DNA from: Verrucomicrobia bacterium UBA1727
GTDB taxonomy: Bacteria; Verrucomicrobiota; Kiritimatiellia; RFP12; UBA1067
Reading direction: 5' to 3'
DNA length: 47,983 bases
NCBI GenBank assembly: GCA_002315875.1
Contig: DCIL01000062.1
Location: 13,011-60,993 of the forward strand
Part shown: positions 37,279 through 46,368 of the stretch, piece after piece
Position numbering within the stretch: position 1 is the first letter of the stretch
How the letters are laid out: each line of letters starts with the position of its first letter
Made by a program: the position numbers and the translations under genes
Notes under the pieces: generated by a model
Told to the model about the DNA's origin: nothing
Databases searched by the model: none
Seen by the model: the letters and a program-made list of their open reading frames with translations, nothing else

Positions 37279-38703
37279 TCATTCCTTCGAAACTCCGATG
37301 GACTGCTGGGGTCCGGCGCCACCGACACCGGTCAGGTTGATCTTCGCAAGATCGATCGTCTCGATGCCGAGCGGCTTCATGGTCTTCCAGGCGCCGCGGG
37401 TGAAGTCCGGAATCTCCACCGGCGCACCGCGACGGGCCTGCGACTGCTCGGTAACTTCGCACAGACAGCTCCAGGACGCGAGGTCGTAGACATCCATATC
37501 GAGGGGCAGTCCGTTCTGCAGACAGTAGATCCACCTAAGATCCATGATGAAGTCCATTCCACCGTGGCCGCCGACTTTCGCGGCGATCTTGCCGACGTCC
37601 TTCCAGAGCGGATGCCTGTACTTCTCACGCCACGCCTGAGTGCGCTTGGCATCGAATCCATCGTGCGGACCCGACCCGGGCGTGTCCTCGATATCAATGC
37701 GCAGCGGATAGTCCATCATGATGCCGTGCGTCCCCTGGATGGTGTTCATGCGACTGTACGGATGAGGTACCTGGCACGAGAGATTGAGCAGAATGATCTT
37801 ACCGTTCACCGTGCGGATGAGGGACGAGTTGTAGCCGCCGACAACGTGTTTCTTGTAGGACTCGAGATTATTGCCGTTCCAGCGAATGTCCCCGGCACGG
37901 ATGAGGTCCGCCACCGACGTACTCTCCATCGAGTTAAGATAGTCGAAGCGGTCGCCGCGGTTGATGTTCATATATTGCGCGATCGGCCCGAGACCGTGCG
38001 TCGGATAGTAATTGCCACGGTGCTCCCACTTCCACTCGGCGCGGAAGCGACTGAGCTCGTAGCCGCGCGTCGGTCCGCTATGCAGATAACCGGCCTCTCC
38101 GTAAACCGTCTCGCCCAACACGCCAAGGCGGCACATGTTGAGCGCCAGCAATTCGTGCTCGCCATAACAGCAGTTCTCAAGCATCATGCAGTGGCGACGG
38201 GTCGCCTCACTCGTCTCGACCAATTCCCAGCAGTTGTCGATATCCATCGTCGCGGGCACTTCCACAAACGCGTGCTTGTTGCAGCGCATCGCCTCGAGCG
38301 CGACCGGTGCGTGAAGCATCCACGGCGTGCAGGCGTAGACAACATCCACGCCGTCCCACTGACAAAGATCCTTGTACGCCTCGGATCCCAGATACTCGCG
38401 AGCCGGCGGCAGTTTCTTCTTGGCAAGAAAATCGCGATTGTCCTTCAAGGCCTCTTCGCGCACATCGCAAATCGCGGCGATCTCAACGCCTGGAATCGCC
38501 GAAAGTCGGTGAAGCGCATAGGTGCCGCGCGAGCCCATACCGACCATGCCGATGCGGAAGCGTTTCAGTTTCGGCGCCACGAAACCGGCCATGGTTCCGC
38601 CGGCACCGAAGCCGATTCTGTCCATCTGACAGCCAGCGGCGAACGCCGCAAGACCCATCCAACCAGTACCCTTGAGAAACTCCAGCCGATCCATCGATTT
38701 CAT
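37279..38703 (-). CDS. Gfo/Idh/MocA-type NAD-dependent glycosidase-like protein (GH109-like).
   Basis: It has a Tat-like leader, MDRLEFLKGTGWMGLAAFAAG. The Rossmann start is RIGMVGMGSRG, followed by MMLENCCYGEHEL and a GH109-like C-terminal half. Confidence 0.72.
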   Translation of the reverse strand: MKSMDRLEFLKGTGWMGLAAFAAGCQMDRIGFGAGGTMAGFVAPKLKRFRIGMVGMGSRGTYALHRLSAIPGVEIAAICDVREEALKDNRDFLAKKKLPPAREYLGSEAYKDLCQWDGVDVVYACTPWMLHAPVALEAMRCNKHAFVEVPATMDIDNCWELVETSEATRRHCMMLENCCYGEHELLALNMCRLGVLGETVYGEAGYLHSGPTRGYELSRFRAEWKWEHRGNYYPTHGLGPIAQYMNINRGDRFDYLNSMESTSVADLIRAGDIRWNGNNLESYKKHVVGGYNSSLIRTVNGKIILLNLSCQVPHPYSRMNTIQGTHGIMMDYPLRIDIEDTPGSGPHDGFDAKRTQAWREKYRHPLWKDVGKIAAKVGGHGGMDFIMDLRWIYCLQNGLPLDMDVYDLASWSCLCEVTEQSQARRGAPVEIPDFTRGAWKTMKPLGIETIDLAKINLTGVGGAGPQQSIGVSKE

Positions 38704-38713
38704 AATGCAAGGT

Positions 38714-38743
38714 ATTCTACTAAACTCTATCGGCCATCGTCAA
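38714..38743 (-). promoter_or_regulatory. Sigma70-type promoter.
   Basis: On the minus strand, TTGACG (38743-38738) is followed by an 18-nt spacer and then TAGAAT (38719-38714). Ten nt further on is the ATG at 38703. No Shine-Dalgarno sequence can fit in that space. Confidence 0.55.
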
Positions 38744-38753
38744 CATAAGAGGA

Positions 38754-40475
38754 CTACCTTCCGTTGAGTTTGCGGAGGATAGGGAGCAGGGAAAGCGAAC
38801 TTGCGACGAAAACGGCGGTCATGACGATCGCGAGCGCGGTCTCGGAATAGATCCAGTAACCGACTGCGAACATCGCCGAATAGATCGCCAGACACGAAAC
38901 CGTCATCGCCAGCAGTCCCCACGCGATGTCGTGTCGATTCGCCCTGATCTTGGATTGGAAGGCAAGACGCTTCGCCACCTCGGTCGGAGGTGTGAGCAGA
39001 GTGACCGAAACCCAACTGACGGTAGTGATCACCATCGTGATGAGAAGCTTGTGCCAGGCGGCGAGTTCAGGACCTCCCAAGCGCGGATACACCAACTGCA
39101 AGAACACCGCCACCGCAAACGAGACAATCATCGCCGTGATCTCGCTCCAGGCGTTGATGCGCATCCAGAACCAGCGCAGGAGATAGATGAGCCCCGTGCC
39201 TGCGCCAATCTGCAGAATGAGATTGAAGACCGTGCCGGCGGACGACAATAGCGGCGCCATCATCGCCGAAGCGACCATCAGCACCACTACCGAGACGCGT
39301 CCGACGAAAATGAGCTCTCGCTCGGAGGCATCAGTGCGCACGAAACGCTTCCACCAGTCATTGGCCAGATAGTTCGATCCCATCGACAGATGCGCGGCGA
39401 TCGTGGAAAAGAGCGCCCCCATCATCGAGGCGGCCACGACTCCAAGCCATCCGCTCGGCACAAACGTCAGCATCGCCGGATACGCAAGATCGCCCTTCAC
39501 CAGCGAGGCGTCGATGTGTGGAAACGCCTTCTGAAGCGCGGCAAGATCTGGAAAGACGATGAGCGAGGCAAAGGCCGTCAGATACCAAGGCCAGGGACGT
39601 ATCGCGTAGTTGACGACCTGATAGAGGACCGATCCCGCCACGCAATGCGCCTCGGATTTCGCGGACAGCATCCGCTGGACGATATATCCGCCGCCGCCCG
39701 GCTCACTGCCCGGATACCAGACGTTCCACCACTGCACCGCCACAGGAATGACGAATACCGAAACGAAGAGATCGGTGTTGCGAATGTCAGGGAAGAACGA
39801 AAGATGCTCACGCACCACCGGATGGGACATCATCGCAGAAAATCCACCGACCGCCGGATGCGCGAGAGCGTAGTAAAGGCCAATCACCGCACCGACCATG
39901 ATCAGCGCAAATAGAAATAGATCAGTGTAGATCGCGCCCCTCAGTCCGCCGAGCGCGGAATAGACGATTGAGGCGACGGACGAAATGATGATGACCGTCC
40001 ACATGTCGACGCCGAAAAGCGATTGCCCAATCTTGATCGCCGCGAGCAACACGAGCCCCGTGGTGATTACATTGAAGACAAGCCCCAGATACACCGCCCT
40101 GAAGCCGCGCAGAAACGCTGCGGGACGTCCCGAATACCTGAGCTCGTAGAACTCGATGTCGCTCTTCGCCCCCGACCTCACCCAGAGTCGCGAGTAGACG
40201 AAGACCGTCATCATGCCGGTCAGCAGGAACGCCCACCACTTCCAGTTCTCGCCCAGCGAGGAATTGCGGATGAACTCCGTGAACATGTTGGCCGAGTTGG
40301 TGGAGGTCGAAGCCGCGCACATCGAAATGCCGATAAGCCACCAGGGCATCGAGCGTCCCGAAAGGAAAAAATCATTCGCATCCTTCGAGGCGCGGCGCGA
40401 GCACCACACGGCAATGCCGAACATCAGCGCGAAGAACGCGACTATCGCACACCAATCGATTCCATGGAGCAGCAT
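38754..40475 (-). CDS. Sodium:solute symporter (SSS) family transporter.
   Basis: The protein is 573 aa with about 13-14 TM helices. The N-terminal pattern is DFFLSGRSMPWWLIGISM. AAGGAGA precedes the ATG. Confidence 0.85.
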   Translation of the reverse strand: MLLHGIDWCAIVAFFALMFGIAVWCSRRASKDANDFFLSGRSMPWWLIGISMCAASTSTNSANMFTEFIRNSSLGENWKWWAFLLTGMMTVFVYSRLWVRSGAKSDIEFYELRYSGRPAAFLRGFRAVYLGLVFNVITTGLVLLAAIKIGQSLFGVDMWTVIIISSVASIVYSALGGLRGAIYTDLFLFALIMVGAVIGLYYALAHPAVGGFSAMMSHPVVREHLSFFPDIRNTDLFVSVFVIPVAVQWWNVWYPGSEPGGGGYIVQRMLSAKSEAHCVAGSVLYQVVNYAIRPWPWYLTAFASLIVFPDLAALQKAFPHIDASLVKGDLAYPAMLTFVPSGWLGVVAASMMGALFSTIAAHLSMGSNYLANDWWKRFVRTDASERELIFVGRVSVVVLMVASAMMAPLLSSAGTVFNLILQIGAGTGLIYLLRWFWMRINAWSEITAMIVSFAVAVFLQLVYPRLGGPELAAWHKLLITMVITTVSWVSVTLLTPPTEVAKRLAFQSKIRANRHDIAWGLLAMTVSCLAIYSAMFAVGYWIYSETALAIVMTAVFVASSLSLLPILRKLNGR

Positions 40476-40490
40476 CCCGTCTCCTTCGCC

Positions 40491-40961
40491 TCAGATTCCC
40501 GCAGCAACCGTAAGCATGCCAAGCGCATGAGTGACGGTCTGCGCACGCACTGCGTCCCGATCGCCCATGAAAAGCTTCTTCTCGGTGCGCGTTCCATCGG
40601 CAGTCGCAATCCCGAACCAGACCGTGCCCACCGGCTTCTCCGCGCTGCCACCGTCCGGACCGGCAATACCCGTCACGGCAACCGCAAGATCTGCCTTGGT
40701 GAGACGCCTCGCCCCTTCCGCCATCTCGGACGCGACCTGTGACGAGACGGCCCCGTAACGCTCAAGATTTTCGGACGACACCCCGAGCACCTCGTGCTTG
40801 ACGGCATTGGAATACGAAATGATTCCGCCGGCGAAAACCGCACTCGAACCAGGAACCGAAGTGATCTCAGATCCGATTCCGCCACCGGTACAGCTCTCTG
40901 CAGTAGCGCAGACAAGTCCTCTCGCCTTAAGAAGTTCAACCAATTTCTCAGCAACTTTCAT
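40491..40961 (-). CDS. pncC: Nicotinamide-nucleotide amidohydrolase (CinA C-terminal domain).
   Basis: The sequence ATAESCTGGGIGSEITSVPGSS..F.GG.ISYSN..K...LGV...GAVS...A.EMA.G matches PncC. Confidence 0.85.
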   Translation of the reverse strand: MKVAEKLVELLKARGLVCATAESCTGGGIGSEITSVPGSSAVFAGGIISYSNAVKHEVLGVSSENLERYGAVSSQVASEMAEGARRLTKADLAVAVTGIAGPDGGSAEKPVGTVWFGIATADGTRTEKKLFMGDRDAVRAQTVTHALGMLTVAAGI

Positions 40962-40963
40962 AT

Positions 40964-41989
40964 CTATGCTCCCGTAATCTCAGTAAACACCTTTTCACAA
41001 TATCCGCAGCTTTCACATTCGCGCGCACAGCGCCCGGTCCGCTCGGCCCAGTCGGACGGAAACCGCGCGTTGTCGAGCGCCACCCCCGCACGGTGAAACA
41101 CCGGCGCGAAACCCGGCTCCATTAGATCGAGCAGATCGCCGCGATAACCGCGCGAGACATAGGCGTCAACTACGAGCCGCGGACGCGAATGCTGGCGAGT
41201 GGCGAGCTTCACGAAATCGACATACGGCTCGTAACGAGCGAGGTCTTCGGGACGTATCCATGTCGCCTTGAGTAACTCAGGAAAATTCTCCGCATCACGG
41301 TAGAGCGTCCAACAAAGATGCGGATTGAATCCGCTCACGTTGAGCTTTTTCGCGGCCTCGGTCGAATGAGCGACGAGATTATCGTGATACGTCTGCCACG
41401 GACAGTTCCGCAGGCATCCTGAATTCGCCAACAGTCCGATCCGTTTGCCGTTCGTCCGCGCCCAGTCGGAAAAGCGCTTCACGTTCTCGAGATTCCGCTG
41501 CACGTCGCGTCCGATATAAAACGAATCGAACCACGGCTTGAGATAATCCATCGCCTGCACCGTCGCAAGGCGCATGTTGACCGAGGCGCGAATCTCGATC
41601 TCCGGTGCGTGACGCCGAATCATCGCCGCGAGGAACGGAGAGGCTACGGTGATGATTTCGGGACGACATCCCCAGTCAGTAAGCTCCGCGAGAATCGCCT
41701 TGAGATGATCCTCGAGGGCGATGGACATCGCCTTCTCGCCATAGCAATTCGCATTGAGCAGCAAGTCGAGTTTCCGGCCGCCCGCACGCAATGCAGTCAG
41801 CTCTTCGCGCAACACCTCGCGAATCGTCTCCGCGTCATCACCCTCGCCGAACCCGAGTACGGGACGTCCGCTCGGCTCGTCCACCCACGGAAAATACACC
41901 TCGCCGACCTCGGCATAGTCCAGCGCCAGCGACGAGAATCGCTCTCCTTCGGACGCATGACGATAACCGATGGCAAAGGTCATCGGCAT
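40964..41989 (-). CDS. U32-peptidase-like protein with a C-terminal CX3CX2CX2C motif.
   Basis: By-eye resemblance to the U32 core: KLDLLLNANCY; PEIEIRASVNMRLATVQAMDY; RIGLLANSGCLRNCPW; VDFVKLATRQHS. The C-terminus is CARECESCGYC. The family call is tentative. Confidence 0.4.
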   Translation of the reverse strand: MPMTFAIGYRHASEGERFSSLALDYAEVGEVYFPWVDEPSGRPVLGFGEGDDAETIREVLREELTALRAGGRKLDLLLNANCYGEKAMSIALEDHLKAILAELTDWGCRPEIITVASPFLAAMIRRHAPEIEIRASVNMRLATVQAMDYLKPWFDSFYIGRDVQRNLENVKRFSDWARTNGKRIGLLANSGCLRNCPWQTYHDNLVAHSTEAAKKLNVSGFNPHLCWTLYRDAENFPELLKATWIRPEDLARYEPYVDFVKLATRQHSRPRLVVDAYVSRGYRGDLLDLMEPGFAPVFHRAGVALDNARFPSDWAERTGRCARECESCGYCEKVFTEITGA

Positions 41990-43113
41990 CAGTCGATCAT
42001 CGGATTGTAGTTGAGTCCCGCGGCATTCGTCTTCGGCGCTTCCTTCGCCGGCTCTGCATCCGGCACTCCGCTCACGCCCGCCGCCGCCGCGCTTCCATAG
42101 TTCTCCTTGGCGTTGTACTCGGTCATCGCACGATGCGGCTCGATGCCGGCGCCCTTGCTGTAGTATTCGTAGACCTCGGGATCGATCTCGTAGGGCTTGG
42201 AACGGTCAACCGTCCAGAACGGCTTCTTCGGATCGCGAAAGCGGTTGCGGAACGTCTTCAGAAGCTTGTTGCGCTCCTCGAGATGACACATGCACGCGCG
42301 AGTGCAGCCGCACGCGCCCTCAACGGCGCGGCCGTAGCCGTACTTTCTCGGATATTCCGCCTCGAACGGATTCATCGCCTTGTCGGTGCCGCCCTGGAGT
42401 CCGTGCTCGCACGCCATTTCATCGAGCTTGCCCCACTCGACCTCGTGCCCCGCGAGCGTGACCTTGACCGACTCGGTCATCGAAATCGCATGACCCGCGC
42501 AATTCTTCACGCACTGCTTGCAACGGTCGCAGATGTGACCTTCGTAAATCGGATCGGGTTCAAGCTCGGCATCCGTCAGCAACACGACGAAACGGACACG
42601 CGGACCAAACTCGGGTGTGAGGAAAACCTTCGACCAGCCGAACTCGCCCATACCGGCGAGATATGCGGCGATACGAAAATGCACCAGCACGTCGGGATGC
42701 GGCTTGCCGGGTTCGATCGGACGACTCCAGCCCTCTCGGAACTTGCCCGTCACCGTGTTCACGCTCTCACCGCCGTTAGAATTGATCAGCGGCACGCACT
42801 CGTGACCGTGATCCTCCATGAAATTGCAGAACGGCCACATCACCATCGGACCCCACACCTGATTGAGCGCCGCATAGCCCATCGTCGGATAGGTCGAGAA
42901 AAGCGTGCCCTCCTCGATGCCGCGGAGCGAACCGCGCGGAATGCGGAAGCCGAAGACGATGAACGACTTCGCGCCCGGAAAGATGTAACGCGGATCGTTC
43001 TGCTTGGGCGCGCCTTCCCAGCGCTCCATATTGCCAATGCCGCAGAGGTCGGCCCCGAACCGTTTTGCCGCGGCCTTTACCTCGGCGCTCGTAAGTTCTC
43101 CTTCGTATGTCAT
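41989..43113 (-). CDS. Reductive-dehalogenase / epoxyqueuosine-reductase (QueG)-like iron-sulfur protein.
   Basis: The sequence FGADLCGIG..PGAKSFIVFGF..AAYLAGMGEFGWSKVFLTPEFGPRVRFVVLLTDAELEPD matches the family. It is followed by CDRCKQCVKNC (CX2CX2CX3C) and a second Cys cluster, CGCTRACMC. The ATG at 43113 has an upstream AAAGGATAGG. The track start at 43146 is a TTG next to the -10 box. Confidence 0.7.
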   Translation of the reverse strand: MTYEGELTSAEVKAAAKRFGADLCGIGNMERWEGAPKQNDPRYIFPGAKSFIVFGFRIPRGSLRGIEEGTLFSTYPTMGYAALNQVWGPMVMWPFCNFMEDHGHECVPLINSNGGESVNTVTGKFREGWSRPIEPGKPHPDVLVHFRIAAYLAGMGEFGWSKVFLTPEFGPRVRFVVLLTDAELEPDPIYEGHICDRCKQCVKNCAGHAISMTESVKVTLAGHEVEWGKLDEMACEHGLQGGTDKAMNPFEAEYPRKYGYGRAVEGACGCTRACMCHLEERNKLLKTFRNRFRDPKKPFWTVDRSKPYEIDPEVYEYYSKGAGIEPHRAMTEYNAKENYGSAAAAGVSGVPDAEPAKEAPKTNAAGLNYNPMID

Positions 43114-43137
43114 GATCCTATCCTTTCTTTGGCGCAA

Positions 43138-43143
43138 ATTATA
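43138..43143 (-). promoter_or_regulatory. -10 box (TATAAT) for the RDH-like / U32-like / pncC unit.
   Basis: On the minus strand, GTTGTATAAT lies 24 nt upstream of the ATG at 43113. It sits in the 96-nt gap after the regulator gene. Confidence 0.45.
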
Positions 43144-43209
43144 CAACTTCCGCCGCGGCCGCTAAAGTAATCAAAACGAAATTTAAATATAACACAAACG
43201 AAGGGACGG

Positions 43210-44313
43210 CTAACGACGGAAGACGGACGGCGGATAACCGAAGGCGGCCTTCATCTTGAGTCCGAGATGACTCGCCCCGCAGAAGCCGCACCGATGCGCG
43301 ACCTCGTCCACGGTCAGCGAGGAATTGGACAATAGCCGCACCGCCGCGTTAAGCCGGATCGAATTGAGTTTTTCCGTGAAAGTGCAGCCGAAGAACTTGC
43401 GCGCCTTGAGCTCCAGTGTGCGCTTGGAATAGCCGAGCCGCGCGGCGACATCGACGAGTTTCTGCGGACGCGAGAGGTCCGCCGAGATCTCGGCCAGCGT
43501 CCGCGAAAGGACGGTATCCGCAATCACATTGCTGTCGGTGGACTGACGGGTCACCACCCGCGGATAATCAATCTTCAACACGGAATCGACCTTGCGTCCA
43601 ACGAGCAGATCGGACAGCAACTCCGCGGCAAGACGTCCCGACTGCACTCCGTCCAACGCAATGGACGAAAGCTGAGGAGTCATCGCCTCGCAGACGATCT
43701 GATCGTTGTCGACTCCAAGTACCGAGAGCCGCTCGGGTACGGTTATGCCGTTTTCCAGGCAGACGCCCAGCACCGCCTGCGCAGTGCGGTCGTTGGCGGC
43801 AAAGATCGCGGTCTGATTGGGAAGTCCTTCGATGAAAGACCCAAGGTCGTCGCCTCCGTAAACATGCGTCCTGAAACCCCCACTACGGACGCTACGCACG
43901 AATCCCTCCCGCCGCCGCTTCGCCCAATCACTCGCCTCGCCGACATGGACGAAGGCGAAACTGCGATAACCGCGATCAAGGAAATACTCCGCGGCGGTTT
44001 TCCCGATACGCTCCTGATCGCGTTGCAGATAAACGACGTTCCGCGGCTGCCTGCTGACTCCGCAATTGAAAAGGACCGCCGGCACTCCCCAACGGAAGAT
44101 CCGGCTGACGATACGCCTGTCGGCACCCATGGCGATGACACCGTCCGCCCCCCAGGCCTGCGCCTGCGCCAGACCCTTCTCGACATTGTCCTCGGTGACG
44201 AGAAAGAGTCGCCAGGGGCCATGCTCGCGCGCATACGCAACCACTCCCTCGACCATCTGCCGCTGATGGTATTTCGAGGTTGGCAGCGCTACGCAGATCT
44301 TGTGGTTTTTCAT
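43210..44313 (-). CDS. XylR-like transcriptional regulator (periplasmic-binding-protein-type sugar sensor plus an AraC-family HTH).
   Basis: The N-terminal 270 aa are LacI/PBP-like (GADGVIAMG, AIFAANDRTAQAVL, SVLGVDND). The C-terminal part is an AraC HTH (LVDVAARLGYSKRTLELKARKFFG...VDEVAHRCGF...HLGLKMKAAFG.PPS.FR). Confidence 0.8.
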   Translation of the reverse strand: MKNHKICVALPTSKYHQRQMVEGVVAYAREHGPWRLFLVTEDNVEKGLAQAQAWGADGVIAMGADRRIVSRIFRWGVPAVLFNCGVSRQPRNVVYLQRDQERIGKTAAEYFLDRGYRSFAFVHVGEASDWAKRRREGFVRSVRSGGFRTHVYGGDDLGSFIEGLPNQTAIFAANDRTAQAVLGVCLENGITVPERLSVLGVDNDQIVCEAMTPQLSSIALDGVQSGRLAAELLSDLLVGRKVDSVLKIDYPRVVTRQSTDSNVIADTVLSRTLAEISADLSRPQKLVDVAARLGYSKRTLELKARKFFGCTFTEKLNSIRLNAAVRLLSNSSLTVDEVAHRCGFCGASHLGLKMKAAFGYPPSVFRR

Positions 44314-44323
44314 TTTCGTCTGT

Positions 44324-44332
44324 ATTATACCA
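44324..44332 (-). promoter_or_regulatory. Extended -10 element for the XylR-like gene.
   Basis: On the minus strand, TGGTATAAT is followed by 10 nt and then the ATG at 44313. A second TATAAT lies at 44352-44347 on the same strand. Confidence 0.5.
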
Positions 44333-44360
44333 CTTTTTGCGCTGCCATTATACGCGCGGA

Positions 44361-44369
44361 TGGTAAAAT
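44361..44369 (+). promoter_or_regulatory. Extended -10 element for the TonB-dependent receptor gene.
   Basis: On the plus strand, TGGTAAAAT is followed by 7 nt (ATCCGCC) and then the ATG at 44377. There is no room for a Shine-Dalgarno sequence. Confidence 0.5.
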
Positions 44370-44376
44370 ATCCGCC

Positions 44377-46368
44377 ATGTTCCTGCCCCTTATTTTTGCC
44401 GCAATCGCCGCGTCCACCAACGCGGTCACCGAACTCGGCTCGATCGTCGTCGAGGCGAGCCGCCAGAGCGTGACGTCGAAAGAGATTCCCTCGCAGGTCA
44501 GCGTCATTACCGAGAAAGACATCACCGAATCGGGAGCGAAATCACTTCCCGATGCGATCGCAAGAGTCAACGGAATCGACGTCTGGCATCTCGGCGCGGG
44601 GAATCCGGCGCTCGCGCAGATCACGATGCGCGGCTACGGTGAGAACGGCTTCGGCCGCGTCCTCGTGACTTCAGACGGCGAGAATCTCGGCAATCCCGAT
44701 ATGTCCGCCGCCAACTACGCACGCATTCCCGTGGGCGGAATCCGAAGAATCGAGGTCCTGCACGGACCGCAGACCGTCCTCTACGGCGACGGTGCGAGCG
44801 CCGGAGTGATCAACATCATCGCTGACGGCAACGACTACGAACGCAAGTCGTACGCCGAGATTCATGGCGGCAGTTACGGAACCTTCGGCGGCGCGGCCGG
44901 CACCCGCGGAGGTTTCGAGGACGCGGGAATTACGTATTTCGCGGATATGGGCTACGACCGGTCGGACGGCTACCGCAGCAATTCGAACTATGAACTGTGG
45001 AACGCGCAGGCCGGCATCCGCCAAAACTTCGCCAACGGCGCCTTTCTGCGACTCTGCACGTTCTTCAGCGATGCGGACTACGACCTGCCCGGGCCCTTGA
45101 GCCGCCGCGACTACGAGGAGCGTCCGCGCGACTCGCTCTACCGCGATCACGGACATCGCACCGCCTACGGCTTCAGCTTCTCCGGCCGCGGCATTCTCAA
45201 CGACGAGAACGACATACGCTTCAACCTGTCCTTCTCGCAGCGGCGCTCTAAGTTCCGCAACGGCGACTTTACCGACATCTACGGGACCGTCAACCACTAC
45301 ACGCGCGATTACGCCAGCGACATCTACTCCGTCCGCTTCGCTCCCGAATACCACAACGAAACGCGACTTCTTGACTTCGCCAACAAGTTCATCTTCGGAC
45401 TCGAAGGAAAGTACGCCCTGCTCAAAGGAGATGCACTCGACAGCTACCGCGACTATGGCCTCGCCTATCCGCAGCACTACGACATCTCGCGAATCACCGG
45501 CGGTCTCTACGCCCAAGACGAATTTTTCATTCTGGACAATGTTTCGCTCCTGATCGGTTCACGTCTCGAACGGAACTGGAACGACAATAATGTCGCGAAA
45601 AGCGGACAGCGGGCGGACAATCTCGCCGCCGGCGAGGCCGCGCTCAACTACCGTCCCGTTGACGATGCGAAGCTCTTTCTGAAATGGTGCCGGTTCTACC
45701 GCAATCCCTTCATCGACGAATACCGCTGGCGCAACGGACAGGAAAGCGAGATCACCAAGCCCGAAACCGGTTGGGACGCAGAACTGGGCGGCGAATGGGA
45801 TGTTACGAAGGAGATCTTCCTCTCAGGCGCTGCCTTCTACTCTGAAACGCTGAACGAAATTCACCTCAACCCCTTCGCGATGTCCAACGAGAATTCGAAG
45901 TGGCTCCACCGTCGCCAAGGCATTGACCTCAAGGCGGGTTGGCGCCGCGAAGGAACGGCGGAAGCGAACGTCGGCTGGACGGGCACCATCGCCGAAAAGG
46001 CGGAAGGAATCTACAAAGGCAACTGGGTGCCGGGCGTTCCGCGGCAAATGCTCAACGCCGAAGCTCGCGTGTGGTTGTGGAATGAATTCGATGTCTCGTT
46101 CGGTTACCGGCTGCTCGGCGCCCGCTTCGCGATTTCCGACACGCCCAACGCGAACGGACGCCTTCCCGCCGCCAGCATCTTCCGTTGCGGCGTGCGGTAT
46201 CGTCCCGAATGCCGCAATCTCAAGGGCTTCACCTTCGCCTTCACCTGCGAAAATCTCTTTGACGAGAAATACTGCGACTATGCCGTCGCCTCGGTGACCT
46301 CAGGAGCGAACGCCTACTATCCCGCGGCCGGTCGCACCTTCATGTTCACCATCCGCTACGAATTCTGA
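44377..46368 (+). CDS. TonB-dependent outer-membrane receptor.
   Basis: It has a short signal peptide, MFLPLIFAAIAAS, and a TonB-box-like LGSIVVEAS. Plug motifs are present (DAIARVNGIDV, MRGYG, IEVLHGPQTVLYG). The C-terminus ends in RYEF. The track ORF starts at 43864, but that 5' part is antisense to the regulator gene. Confidence 0.85.
   Translation: MFLPLIFAAIAASTNAVTELGSIVVEASRQSVTSKEIPSQVSVITEKDITESGAKSLPDAIARVNGIDVWHLGAGNPALAQITMRGYGENGFGRVLVTSDGENLGNPDMSAANYARIPVGGIRRIEVLHGPQTVLYGDGASAGVINIIADGNDYERKSYAEIHGGSYGTFGGAAGTRGGFEDAGITYFADMGYDRSDGYRSNSNYELWNAQAGIRQNFANGAFLRLCTFFSDADYDLPGPLSRRDYEERPRDSLYRDHGHRTAYGFSFSGRGILNDENDIRFNLSFSQRRSKFRNGDFTDIYGTVNHYTRDYASDIYSVRFAPEYHNETRLLDFANKFIFGLEGKYALLKGDALDSYRDYGLAYPQHYDISRITGGLYAQDEFFILDNVSLLIGSRLERNWNDNNVAKSGQRADNLAAGEAALNYRPVDDAKLFLKWCRFYRNPFIDEYRWRNGQESEITKPETGWDAELGGEWDVTKEIFLSGAAFYSETLNEIHLNPFAMSNENSKWLHRRQGIDLKAGWRREGTAEANVGWTGTIAEKAEGIYKGNWVPGVPRQMLNAEARVWLWNEFDVSFGYRLLGARFAISDTPNANGRLPAASIFRCGVRYRPECRNLKGFTFAFTCENLFDEKYCDYAVASVTSGANAYYPAAGRTFMFTIRYEF

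Noticed and set aside
43147-43162. A G+C-rich palindromic stretch (CCGCCGCGGCCGC) just upstream of the RDH-like promoter, considered as an operator.
   Set aside because: Short GC palindromes are common in G+C-rich DNA. There is no second half-site or repeat, and no way to link it to a regulator from sequence alone.
43864-44376. A 5' extension of the TonB-receptor ORF, adding 171 aa upstream of MFLPLIF.
   Set aside because: It is antisense to the XylR-like gene and contains no signal peptide. The real signal peptide and TonB box start at 44377, directly after a -10 box.
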